Part shown: positions 23,676-33,600 of the stretch, one piece after another
How the letters are laid out: every line of letters begins with the position of its first letter
Position numbering within the stretch: the first letter of the stretch is position 1
Source: Malacoraja senta
Taxonomy: Eukaryota
DNA: 64,000 nucleotides
Assembly: GCA_038087875.1 (NCBI GenBank)
Contig: JAXLNO010003434.1
Span: forward strand, 62,001 to 126,000
Direction: 5' to 3'
Made by a program: the position numbers and the translations under genes
Notes under the pieces: model-generated
What the model was told of the DNA's origin: nothing
Seen by the model: the letters and a program-made list of their open reading frames with translations, nothing else
The model's database searches: none

Positions 23676-24222
23676 TTTTTATTTCTTTTATATAGCACAT
23701 TTTGTTTCGCCTATTCTACCATTTGTGTGTGGATGTGTACGTATGTGAGTGTTGTTTGTCCCCGTTTGGCTCCGACCTGACTTGGGTGGGTTGAAGGTGG
23801 GTATGGGTAAAGGTTTTGAGGATCGCTTACATACTGTTGTACAATTATGCCTTGATTATTACTGTCTGTTATTATTGTATGTATGTTAATTGCCGTGAAA
23901 TTCAAATAAAAAGATTAAATTCAAAAAAATAAAATCATTACAATGTCGTTATTGATCAATAAATGTTTAAAATGCCCTATATCTGCCAACAGAGAGGGCA
24001 GCGAAAGAAGATATAAAGATTAGGATCGTGACTGGAGCTGTAATCGTTCCTCTTATTCTCCTGGGGATCATCCTTGGAATTGGTTGCTGGAAGAAGAGGA
24101 AAAGGAGAAAAATTCTCAATGAACAGGGACCAGCTGACAACAGCAGAGACCAGGAGAGGACTGCAGTGACCATGAAGCACAACCAGCTTCCGTTGGGAAG
24201 CAGAGGAGGTCTACCGGAATGA
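1878..24222 (+). CDS. Non-classical MHC class I-like heavy chain gene, join(1878..1929,10996..11256,13006..13281,14486..14761,23993..24222), 364 aa
   Basis: Five exons, all phase-1 GT-AG introns, lengths 52+261+276+276+230=1095 nt, open throughout; domain order leader-alpha1-alpha2-alpha3(C1-set Ig)-TM-cytoplasmic tail. Confidence 0.8.
2233..2260 (+). ncRNA. Minimal type I hammerhead ribozyme motif in a Penelope-derived tail
   Basis: CTGAAGA-A-GGGT-CTCG-ACCT-GAAAC-GTC: full core, stem II with one G-U pair, palindromic ACGT helix III; helix I only 2-3 bp. Confidence 0.55.
2963..5821 (-). mobile_element. 5'-truncated CR1 LINE with near-complete, frameshifted ORF2 (APE endonuclease + RT)
   Basis: ORFs 5496-5825 (VAISETWL, GGVALL), 4877-5383, 4406-4843, 3616-4428 (PQGS, YADD), 3077-3583; (TTATATGG)n 3' tail; possible 9-bp TSD ccaccactt 2954-2962 / ccacgactt 5822-5830. 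Confidence 0.93.
6500..7045. repeat. Cluster of Penelope-derived tail repeats in both orientations
   Basis: Several gaaggaactgcagatgctgg..gctggagtaactcag..ggcagcatc units. Confidence 0.75.
6956..6983 (+). ncRNA. Minimal type I hammerhead ribozyme motif, best-preserved copy
   Basis: CTGAAGA-A-GGGT-CTCG-ACCC-GAAAC-GTC; all core nucleotides, perfect 4-bp stem II, GUC cleavage triplet. Confidence 0.65.
7115..7163. repeat. C-rich tract (G-quadruplex-prone on the minus strand)
   Basis: Multiple C4-C9 runs separated by single A/T. Confidence 0.7.
7486..9890 (-). mobile_element. Decayed Tc1/mariner transposon with IR/DR-type long TIRs, interrupted by an L2 LINE
   Basis: TA|ctgtgacctccataatg left end; internal direct repeat ccataatgtttsggaca; inverted copy of the inner TIR at ~9806-9890; transposase remnants VFWSDDTK (8287-8487) and WPSQSPDLN (7887-8117). 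Confidence 0.9.
8744..9630 (+). mobile_element. 5'-truncated L2-clade LINE nested in the Tc1 transposase
   Basis: KTEVILFG..SRLDYCN..LQLVQNAAARL..LHWLPV..RAFSVAAP; one TGG>TAG stop at 9355-9357; aataaag(tta)n tail; Tc1 sequence resumes on both sides. Confidence 0.9.
10491..10805 (+). mobile_element. tRNA-derived V-SINE (HE1-like)
   Basis: Degenerate A/B boxes, V-domain-like core, CR1-like tail gggcctgtttcc..(actaa)n. Confidence 0.8.
10996..11256 (+). CDS. Exon 2, MHC class I alpha1 domain
   Basis: ttgcag|AT acceptor, A|GTAAGT donor, 261 nt; DLHHLAFYY..LPEYSMVAMLDDLQIAYFDS..RQRWM..DHWD carries class I alpha1 motifs (H3, DD, FDS, W51, W60). Confidence 0.9.
11330..11945 (-). mobile_element. 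Rex1/Babar LINE 3' fragment in intron 2
   Basis: KVESF..LRRLRK remnants, homologous to 46020-46755. Confidence 0.7.
13006..13281 (+). CDS. Exon 3, MHC class I alpha2 domain
   Basis: ccccag|CT acceptor (in-frame alternative AG at 12998-12999), G|GTATAC donor, 276 nt; Q96, GC101, GYDGED, W133, W147, W167, Y171, LQRR. Confidence 0.92.
13381..13673 (-). mobile_element. tRNA-derived V-SINE in intron 3
   Basis: Head ggtggcgaagcgg..gggtttgtt, core, (tttag)n tail. Confidence 0.85.
14486..14761 (+). CDS. Exon 4, MHC class I alpha3 (C1-set Ig) domain
   Basis: ttgcag|AA acceptor, G|GTAAGT donor, 276 nt; LSCLVTGFYPRGIDVTW..LLPNWDGTYQL..FSCYIEH. Confidence 0.95.
14855..15510 (-). mobile_element. Two tandem V-SINE copies (about 14855-15165 and 15228-15510)
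   Basis: Each has the ggaggaaaccggag core and an accc(g/a)ggtctctgg B-box region. Confidence 0.8.
15510..16600 (+). mobile_element. Old CR1 fragment split by a younger antisense CR1 3' end (15725-15997)
   Basis: Host CR1 reads through on both sides; insert has the same ccatataa tail and body as 2963-3260. Confidence 0.75.
16925..17058. repeat. Compound microsatellite (TG)n-(CG)n-(TG)n, (GA)n/(GGAG)n
   Basis: Direct reading. Confidence 0.9.
17561..18382 (+). CDS. L1 ORF1p (coiled coil + RRM/CTD), 273 aa, intact
   Basis: LEGRSCRNNVRIVGLPE, LDRAHR, PRAVVICFHRY, IFED, YPAKL motifs. Confidence 0.88.
   Translation: MPNKGKKAEQKTEDPAASASMATLAAMLTEHKVLLLAEFNTAFTKLETKLDNIQTTMLDHQHRLSSLESFAATTSQDIRAITLMLTTVTEENAKVKAKLISLEGRSCRNNVRIVGLPENIEGSQTTAFFSQLLLETLGEHILESTPELDRAHRTLTAKPSPGEKPRAVVICFHRYQTREFVVREARRQRGKLKYKDTPFHIFEDHCPDIVEQRFAYRDVMKELYNLGFKPSLHYPAKLFIMSGEGKRRRLTSPEDARDFISSHHRRRPGPTDD
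19615..23405 (+). pseudogene. L1 ORF2 (APE endonuclease, RT, C-terminal Cys-rich domain) with two frameshifts
   Basis: VSWNVRG, IQETH, GGDFN, SDH; QGCPLSP, YADD; CNRC..H..FWSC; frame changes at ~20708-20719 and ~22436-22442; no in-frame stop along the repaired reading path. Confidence 0.92.
23544..23757. repeat. 214-bp near-perfect AT-rich palindrome
   Basis: 87-bp arms (23544-23630, 23671-23757) with 2 mismatches around a self-complementary (TA)20. Confidence 0.95.
23993..24222 (+). CDS. Exon 5, connecting peptide, transmembrane helix and cytoplasmic tail with stop
   Basis: caacag|AG acceptor in phase with alpha3; ERAAKEDIKIR-IVTGAVIVPLILLGIILGIGCW-KKRKRRK..GLPE*. Confidence 0.75.
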
Positions 24223-24675
24223 TGTCTGGATTAGTGGGGTATTAGCCACAGGGAGAAGTTGGACAGACTTGGATTGTTTTCTCTGGAATGTCGGGGATTG
24301 AGGGGAGACCTGACAGTAATATATCAAACTGGGAGGAGTACAGATAGTGTAGACCATCAGACTTTTTACCCAGGAAGGAAATATCAAATAAGAGCAGGTA
24401 TAGCTTTACAATGAGTGGCAAAGTTTAAAAAAGATGTGCAGGTCAAGTGTTTTACGCCAAGGGTGGCGAGTGACTGGAATGTGCTGCCGGGGGTGGTGGT
24501 GGAAGCAGATATGATAGTGGCATTTAAGAGACTTTTAGATAGGCACATGTATATGCAGGGAATGAATGGATATGGATTATGTGCAAGCAGATAACAATTG
24601 GTCTTGGCATCATGTTCGGCACAAACATTGTGGGTCAAAGGGACTGTTATTGTGCTGTACTGTTCTATGTTCTAT
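24193..24675 (+). mobile_element. CR1 3' fragment overlapping the end of MHC exon 5 and forming its 3' UTR
   Basis: QRRSTGMMSGL..ISHREKLDRLGLFSLE from 24201 matches QRRFTRLIPGM..LSYEERLDRLGLYSLE of the CR1 at 27061-28077. Confidence 0.85.
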
Positions 24676-26403
24676 GCTCTTTATTGTATCAATGCTGACT
24701 GATGGCTTTACATTCAGCCATTAATTTTTCAACTGCTGTCTTCACCAGTTACCCTGTGATTCCAAAGTCATACATTGTGCCACATTTTGGAATAAGAGGT
24801 CGCCTATTTGACTGATTGATACTTTATTATCACATGTGACATGTCACAGTGAGATTCTTTGCTTTGCATAACATACACAAGGTATAGAAAGAGTCACCAT
24901 GTATAGGGTGCCGACACAGTTACAAAGTAATCATTACAGTCCCCAATGGTCCCTCTTTGTTCTCGGCAGCCCCTCCATGTTGGGTTCACCTGTGTTATCC
25001 GCGCCCCCTCCCCCCCCAACCCCGGGACCCACTTTGTTATCTTTGTTCTCGGCAGTCCTCCCATGTTGGGTCCCTCTTTAAAATAGTTACGAAGAAGATT
25101 TATTTTCCAGGAGGTGTATGATTTGCCTGAACATTCTATTCCAGCTGTGAAGACAAGGTGAATGAATATTTTCCAGGTTGAGATATAGAGAATTTTAGAT
25201 CAGAAATGAATCAAAGGTAGCAGGAATAATGCAGTAAACTGATCAAAATCAGATTGGACATAATGTTATTGAATGATGCAGTCTGTTCAAGGGGGCTTAC
25301 AGCTGATTACTAATCTTATTTTATAAAAAACATAAAAATATTCATCTCAGGAAGAGGCCCTTTGGCCCACAATGTCTGTGGTGAACATGATGAGATGCTA
25401 AACTGATCCCATCCAACTGCAACATGATCCATATCCCTCTATTTCCTGCAGATCAGTTTGTCGATCTAAAAGCCTCTCAAACATCATATACATATCTTGC
25501 CAGAGATAGACACAAAAAGTTGGAGAAACTCACCGGATCAGACAGCATCTCTGGATACAAGGCATAGGTGACATTTCGGGATGAGACCCTTGTTCAGACT
25601 CCAGAAATGCTGTTTGACCCGCTGAGTCACTTCAGCTTTTTGAGCCTATCTTCGGGTTAAACCTGCATCTGCAGTTCGTTCCTAGTTATTTTGCCACTTC
25701 TCTTTGTCACATACTGTAACCTGCATTCCTTGTTCACATACCTGATGGTGTAGTGGAGAAGTAATTGCCTTTGCATTTAATGCTTTACTCAGTGCTTCAA
25801 GTATTTGATGGGCCAGTCAACAAGGATCTTTGTTTTCAATACGAACCACGCTCTACACCACAGCTTAGATAATATTGCTTAGTTTAGTTGAGTTATACAG
25901 CATGGATGCAGAGCCTTCAGCTCATCGAGTTGATACCATCCATCCTGCACACCAGTTCTATGTTATCCCTCTTTCACATCCGCTTTCCATACACTAGGGC
26001 AATTTTACAAAGGCCAACTCACCTACAAACCTGTACATCATTGAGATGTGCGAGGAAACCGGAGCACCGGGAGAAATCCCACGTGCTCACAGGGAGAACA
26101 TGCAAACTCCACATAGACAACATCCCAGTACCATGTCCAGTGAATATTTATGGAACATGGTAACGTATGGGGGCTGTGTTTTGTTGACCTGACAGAGCAC
26201 TGGGAACAATACTCATTATCAAAGATGTGGTGTAATAGCTGTGGAAGTGTTTTATGTGCAACAGACCGAGAATTTCATTGTATATCCACCAGTGTCATTT
26301 CTGAATTATGAGCATTTAATAAAATACTTTTGAATGAGTTTTACCAAGACGTTAGCATGCTATATACTTGTTTTGTCATTGTTAATACTGCAGACAGCTA
26401 TTT

Positions 26404-26830
26404 ACTCAATCATAAGATCATAAGTGATAGGAACAGAATTAGGCCATTCATCCCATCATTCATGGCTGATCTATCCTATCCTCCAAACCCCATTTTCCTG
26501 CCTTCTCCCCATAACCCCTGACACCCATACTATTCAAGAATCTATCTATCTCTGCCTTAAAAAAATATCCATTGACAGCCTCCACAGCCTTCAGTGGCAG
26601 AATTCCACAGATTCACCACCTTCTGAATAAAGAAATTCCTCCTCATCTCCTTCCTAAAGGAGTGTACTTTAATTGTGAGGCTTTTCCCTCTGCTGAGATG
26701 CTCCCACTAGTGGAAACATCCTCTCAACATCCACTCTATCCAGGCCTTTCACTATTCGGTAAGTTTCAATGAGGTCCCCCCCTCATCCTTCTAAACTCCA
26801 GTGAGAAGAGGCCTAGTGCCGTCAAACGCT
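26404..26830 (-). mobile_element. CR1 3' fragment
   Basis: cataagatcataag tail, typical 3' UTR and RT end. Confidence 0.75.
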
Positions 26831-26967
26831 CATCAGAGTGGAATAACAACAACTTTACTCTTCATATAACCAATTGTCAAAACTCACACCTCCACATTCA
26901 GGGGCAGTCTCTTCCCAATTGTTATCAGGCAACTGAAACCATCCTACCTACAACCAGGGTGCAGTCT

Positions 26968-28100
26968 TACATAGATACATAGAAAATAGGTGCAGGAGTA
27001 GGCCATTCGGCCCTTCGAGCCTGCACCGCCATTCAATATGATCATGGCTGATCATCCAACTCAGTATCCCGTACCTGCCTTCTCTCCATACCCCCTGATC
27101 CCTTTAGCCACAAGGGCCACATCTAACTCCCTCTTAAATATAGGCAATGAACTGGCCTCAACTACCCTCTGTGGCAGAGAGTTCCAGAGATTCACCACTC
27201 TCTGTGTGAAAAAGTTTTTCCTCATCTCGGTCTTAAAGGATTTCCCCCTTATCCTTAAGCTGTGACCCCTTGTCCTGGACTTCCCCAACATCGGGAACAA
27301 TCTTCCTGCATCTAGCCTGTCCAACCCCATAAGAATTTTGTACGTTTCTATAAGATCCCCTCTCAATCTCCTAAATTCTAGCGAGTATAAGCCAAGTCTA
27401 TCCAGTCTTTCTTCATATGAAAGTCCTGACATCCCAGGAATCAGTCTGGTGAACCTTCTCTGCACTCCCTCTATGGCTATAATGTCCTTCCTCAGATTTG
27501 GAGACCAAAACTGTACGCAATACTCCAGGTGTGGTCTCACCAAGACCCTGTACAACTGCAGTAGAACCTCGCTGCTCCTATACTCAAATCCTCTTGCTAT
27601 GAAGGCCAACATACCATTCGCTTTCTTCACTGCCTGCTGCACCTGCATGCCTACTTTCAATGACTGGTGTACCATGACACCCAGGTCTCGCTGCACCTCC
27701 CCATTTCCTAATCGGCCACCATTTAGATAATAGTCTGCCTTCCCGTTTTTGCCACCAAAGTGGATAACCTCACATTTATCCACATTATACTGCATCTGCC
27801 AAACATTTGCCCACTCACCCAGCCTATCCAAGTCACCTTGCAGTCTCCTAGCATCCTCCTCACAGCTAACACTGCCCCCCAGCTTAGTGTCATCCGCAAA
27901 CTTGGAGATGTTGCTTTCAATTCCCTCGTCCAGATCATTATATAAAATTGTAAATAGCTGGGGTCCCAGCACTGAGCCTTGCGGTACCCCACTAGTCACT
28001 GCCTGCCATTGTGAAAAGGACCCGTTTACTCCTACTCTTTGCTTCCTGTTTGCCAGCCAGTTCTCTATCCACATCAATACTGAACCCCAATACCGTGTGA
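26968..28100 (-). mobile_element. Young 5'-truncated CR1 LINE
   Basis: Uninterrupted 338-codon ORF 27061-28077 (PQGSVLGP, FADD, HLEYCVQFWSP), catagatacatag tail. Confidence 0.93.
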
Positions 28101-29140
28101 TTTAAGTTTGTATCCTAATCTCTTGAACTACTGTCTCCTGCATTGGAGATCCTCGGGCAATCTTTAATCGGACTTTACTGCCATTATCTTGCACCAAATG
28201 TTATTCACGTTATTCCCTTTATCATATATCTGTACACTATGGATGGCTCGATTGTAATCATGTATTGTCTTTCCACTGACTGGTTAGCACATTTAGTTTA
28301 GTTTAGTTTAGAGATACAGGGTGGAAACAGGGTCCGCACCAATTCCCGCACACTAACACTATCCTACACACACTTGGAACAGGTTTACATTTATACCAAC
28401 CCAATTAACCTACATACCCATAGTCAAGATCAAACCCGGCTGTGTGGCACTTAAGGCAGCAACTCCAGTGCTGCATCACCATGCTGTCCTTATTGTTGTA
28501 GGATGTGCAGGGAATGGAGGTATATTATGTGCAGGCAGATAGGAGTTGGTCTTGGCATCATGTTCAACACAGACATTGTGGGCCAAAGGGCCTGTCCTGT
28601 GCTGTACTGATCTATTGTGGTGATTGTGAAAACACATAATAATTACTTGATTGCTGATATCTTAAGTGTATTTACTAGGTACATTAAATATTTAGACAAA
28701 ACTAAATTCCACTCCCGAGCCATCTAATTCCCACACCCCATTCAGCGTGAAACATCAACTTTATTGAGGTAATGATATATTTATTTTCTGTTAATATTTA
28801 ACTGTGAGTTTAATGTTACACCAAATGATAATTGGCTTGTTTCCATCAGTGTTTGCAATCTGGATGACCCTGAATTTATTGCTTAGGTGTGAGATTCATC
28901 GCAAGGACTGAGATGAAGCAGAAACTTGACTGTTACAGACTTTTTGGAGGGGTTTGCAAGATTTTGACCCAACACCTCTGAAGGCAAGACAATATATTTA
29001 CAAGCAGCCTCAACCGCACCTCAGACAGTGCCATCCAGGCACTCGTCACTGTCTGTGAAAAAACATGCCCTGCACATTTCCTTTAAACATTCATCTTAAA
29101 ACTATGCCCTCTTGTATTTAATGTTTCCATCCATGTTGAG

Positions 29141-29456
29141 TTTAGTTTATTTTAGTTTAGAGATACAGCGTGGAAACAGGCCCTTCGGCCCACCGAGTCC
29201 GCACCGACTAGTGATCGCTGGGCATTAGCACTATCCTACACACACTCGGGACGATTTACACATACACCAAGCCAATAATCTACATACCTGTACATCTTTG
29301 GAGTGTGGGAGGAAACCGAAGATCTCGGAGGAAACCCATGCTGTCATGGAGAGAACGTACAAACTCCACACGTACAGCACCCGTGGTCGGGATGGAACCT
29401 GGGTCTCCCACGCTGCAAGCGCTGTAAAGCAGCAACTCTACCGCTGCGCCACAGTG
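29141..29456 (-). mobile_element. tRNA-derived V-SINE
   Basis: Full head-core-tail, gtggcgcagcgg A box. Confidence 0.88.
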
Positions 29457-30071
29457 ACTGCCCCTGTTCTGACTATCTATCCTATCTATACCTCTCATAG
29501 TTTTATGTACTTCTATCCGGTGTCCCATCAAACTCCGGCATTGTAGCGGAAGCAATCCATGTCTGTCCATATGTTTTCATGTAGCCAACACACCCTAGTT
29601 GAGGCATCATTCTTGTAAACCTCTGCACCCTTTCCAATGCCTCTACATCCTTTATGTAATGGGTCAACAAAAACTACACATAATACTCCAAATGTGGACT
29701 ACCCAGCCCTATAAAACTGTATTATGACTTCCTGTCTCTAGAAACCCAAGATTCAACCCCAAGATCTCTCTGTAGATTAATGCTGTTAAGGGTCTTGCCA
29801 ATAACTGTATACTTTTCCTTTACATTCGACCACTCAAAGTGTAACATACTTGCTCAAAATGAACTCCATTTGCAATTTTCTGCCCATTTCTGTATCTGAT
29901 GTATTTCCCATTGTACACTACAGCCTTCTTCACTGTTCGCAACTCCATCAATGTTGGTGGCGCCTGCAAACTAACTAACCAACCCAACCACTGGGTGGCG
30001 CCAGCAATGGCTGTCTCGCCAACAGTCTGTCTGTCCCTTCCTTCTTTGTGTTTTAATAGTATGTGTTAAAC

Positions 30072-30629
30072 CACGGGTTTGCAACCTACGGCCCACGGGC
30101 CGGATCCGGCCTGTAACCCGAAATCATCCGGCACGCAGGCGTAACACAAAACACACACAACACTTACCCGAGAGTAGTTCTCACACACACACACACACAG
30201 CCAATTCCATATCACAACACCTGCCGACACACTCTCTCTCTCCGTCCCTACCCTCCCACCCCGTCTTCCATCCTCCCGACCACCCGGAGTGAAAGCGCCC
30301 CCCCCCCCCCCCCCACCTCGGTGCTGCGGCTTGTGTGAAACTGCAGCGGGATGAGAGCGACTTCGACAACGCTGTGCTGGAGCGGTTTCTTCGGGAGCCC
30401 AGCGGCGGACGGGTTGGAGGAAAACAAAGCATCAGCGAGGTCGGTGAGTAATTCCGCTCCAGCCACAGTGTTGCACTTTAGTCGTATTTGTCGCAGGGGT
30501 AATTGTCTTTTTGTTGCGATTTTTAAAACTATAATTGATTAATTATTAACTATGGTGACAGATGTGGCCCTCCATCCACTCACAGACATGGGTCCTGGCT
30601 CCTATGCAGAACAAGGTTGTCAATCCCTT
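30072..30629. mobile_element. Non-autonomous hAT (Charlie-like) MITE inside another repeat
   Basis: Left end cacgggtttgcaacctacggcccacgggccggatccggcc, degenerate right end aggttgtcaatccct, 8-bp flanks tgttaaac / tattaaat. Confidence 0.6.
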
Positions 30630-30969
30630 TATTAAATTATGTTTTAAGTGTTCTTTAGCTTGTTTTACGTGGGGAGGGGTGGTGTGGGGTTGGGGGAAAC
30701 TTTTCTAATATCTTACCTCAACGGAGATGCGATTTTTTTCTGTATCGTATCTCGGTCCGCACTGCAGCCTAACATCCAGGAGTTGGCGGCCTTTGGTGGA
30801 GACCGACTTTTGACAGCTCCACCACGGGAGCCTGCGGAGTTACCATCACGCAGCTCACGATCCCTTTGCCAGGGATCGACCTCGGAACTCCAACCGTGGG
30901 TGCTTGCGGACTTAACATCATGGAGCTCGCGGTCTCTGGTCAGAGTCCGACCTCGGGAGCTCCAAGCCG

Positions 30970-31055
30970 CAGGTGCTTTGACCACCCGAACACAGGAGCT
31001 TCAATCGCCCTGACACAGGTGCTTCAACCGCCCGCTGCAGGAGCTTCGATCACCC
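30970..31055 (+). repeat. Degenerate ~23-bp minisatellite, 4 units
   Basis: cagg(t/a)gctt..a.c.ccc cores at 30970, 30993, 31016, 31038. Confidence 0.75.
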
Positions 31056-33059
31056 CGACAATGGTTCTACTGCCCCGACCGCGGGAGAAAAAAAGAAAGA
31101 AGATTGGACTTTATTGCCTTCCATCACAGTGAGGAATGTGGGAATCTGCCGTGGTGGATATTTATGTTAACTTTTATGTCATTGTGTCTTGTTGCTTGTC
31201 TTGGGCCAGGGGTGGGATCCAGTACAAGCAAGGCCAACAACTTTAATGACACATGGATAAACAAAATCAAAATAAGAATGCAAGGAAACAACAAGAGATC
31301 CAATCAGAACATAGACACAACATGCTGGAGTAACTCGTCGGGACAGGCAGCATCTCTGAAGAGAAGGAATGGGTGACATTTTGGGTCGAGACCCTTCTTC
31401 AGACTGATGTCAGGAAAATGGGAGGTCGATAGATAAGGAAGTGTATAGATAAGGATGTGTGAGATGTGAAAACAGGACAAAGGGAATGGAGATCAAGGAA
31501 AATGTAGCAACAAAGCAAACAGAGGTAAAGAAGGGAAACTCTGGGAAAAGTTTGACAAGGGGGGGATCTGCTACATAGTGAGAAGCTGTGGTAAATATAA
31601 CACCTTTATTTAACAGCAAGCTGCTTCGATAAACAAATAAGTAACAAGCCAACAGATGGTTACACTGATAAAGTTATACCAACAAGGGTGTTTGCAGGTT
31701 CAAGTGCAACATAAACTCTGGCCTTGAAGTATGATACTGTTTGGTTGGTTTCTGTGTGCGTACACAATGAGATTCTTTACAATGTAAATCAGAATATGAA
31801 AAACGGAGAAAAAAGTAAAATATATAGATTCATTCTTGTAAAACCTTTCACAACATTTTAAAAACATTTAGAACCACTGAGTATTTCTTGAAATGTAAAC
31901 ACTATTGAATGAATAAACAGAGAACATTGAGCAGGATCACACAGGGATAAGCCCTAGCATCACAACGTCTGTGCTGGCTATGTTGCCTTTACAAACTAAT
32001 CCCATCTTCCTGCACATTGTCTATCCAGACTGAAGAAGGGCATCGATCCAAAACATCACCCAGTCCTTCTCTCCTGAGATGCTGCCTTTCCCGCTGAGTT
32101 ACTCAAGATTTTTGTGTCTACCTTTGGTTTAAACCGGCATCTGCTGTTCCTTTCCACACACCCCTTCATTTCCTCTCTGTTCACATGTCACGACCCAAGA
32201 GAGACAAGAGAAAGCTTCTTTAATGAAATGTCTAATTAAATGTTCCAACAACAGAACAATTACATTATTACATGCAGCAGCCTAACAGGCCCATAAACAG
32301 AGTATAAATAGATAAACAAGATAATAATAAAAATAAAAAATAAAAGAGCCACTGTGTGGCGTGACAGTCAAAATCAATTTATTAGTTAACATAAAACATA
32401 GAGCAGTACCACATACATGCCTGTTTAAATGCCTTTAAACATTGCTATCATATCTGTTTCCACTACTTCCTCTGAAAGCATGCTCCAAGCACCCACCACT
32501 CTCTGTGTAAAAAATAATTTAAGATTTACTCCTCTCTACTCTGTGTCTCTCATAATTATATATACTTCCATCAGGTGTCCCCCACCCCCCTCATATTCCA
32601 ACTCCACAAGAGCAAATGATCTAAGTTTGTCCAACCTGTCCTCACCGCTGACACTCTCAAACACTGCTTTCAATTTTCATTCAAAGGGAAATGTGATGAG
32701 CGACAGATGATCTGTGTTCTTCGGTGGTATCAACTGCAAGATAAATATCAATGAGGATTCTGGGATTAACCTGTATTCCTTAAATAACGTTTTGGGATTA
32801 TTTTTTAGAGGGCTGAAATATATATCAGTCCATTCAGCCCAGCGAATCCACACCAGTCATTGACCATCCGTTCACACCAGTTCAGAGTTATCACATTTAT
32901 GCATCACATTTTGACTTCACGGAGGGCCAATTAAGCAACAAGCCAGCATGTGGTGTACGAGGAAGCTGGACCACCTGGAGGTAGCCAGCGCAGTCACAGG
33001 GGGAAGGTGCAAACTCCACACGGACAGTACTTGAGGGCAGGATCAAGGCCAGGTCATAA

Positions 33060-33600
33060 GGAATGGGTGTAGAATTTAGGCCATTCGGCCCATCTAGTTC
33101 ACTCCACCATTCAATCATTACTGATCTATCTCTCCCTCCTCACCCCAATTCTCCTGCCTTCTCCCCATAACCTCGGACACTTGTACCAATCAAGAATCTA
33201 TCTATCTTCGACTTAAAAATATCCAGACGGCCTCCACAGCCTTCTGTGGCAACAAATTCCATGGATTTGCCACCCTCTGCCTTAAGAAATTTCTCCTCAT
33301 CTTCCTAAAAGAACGTCCTTTAAATCTGAGGCTATGGCCTCCAGTCCTAGACTCTCTCACTAGTGGATACATCCTCTCCACATCCACTCTATCCAAACCA
33401 TTCACTATTCTGTAGGTTTTAATGAGGTCCCCCCTCATTCTTCTAAACTCCAGAGAGTACAGGCCCAGTGCTAACAAATGTTCATGATAGGTTAATCTAC
33501 TCATTTCTGGGATCATTGTTGTAAACCTCCTCTGGACCCTCTCCAGAGCCAGGACATCCTTTCTCAGATATAGTGCCCAAAATTGCTCACAATATTCTCT
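33060..33600 (-). mobile_element. CR1 3' fragment
   Basis: ORF 33202-33687 YLRKDVLALERVQRRFT..GDLIKTY. Confidence 0.85.

Larger units (their letters stand above)
17410..23927 (+). mobile_element. Full-length L1-clade LINE (6518 bp) in intron 4
   Basis: GGACTTCCGG 5' end, ORF1, ORF2, AATAAA 23905-23910, short A tail; 15-bp TSD AATAAAATCATTACA at 17395-17409 and 23928-23942. Confidence 0.96.

Noticed and set aside
23967-24182. Hydrophobic minus-strand ORFs
   Set aside because: Antisense shadows of the TM exon
28887-28981. Possible cytoplasmic exon GVRF..CYRLF..HL* with a CD1-like YxxPhi motif
   Set aside because: No credible phase-1 donor in exon 5 to join it; a short motif like this arises by chance
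30970-31055. Repeat-spacer pattern resembling CRISPR
   Set aside because: Eukaryotic context, 4-5-nt spacers, degenerate units, no cas genes; a minisatellite
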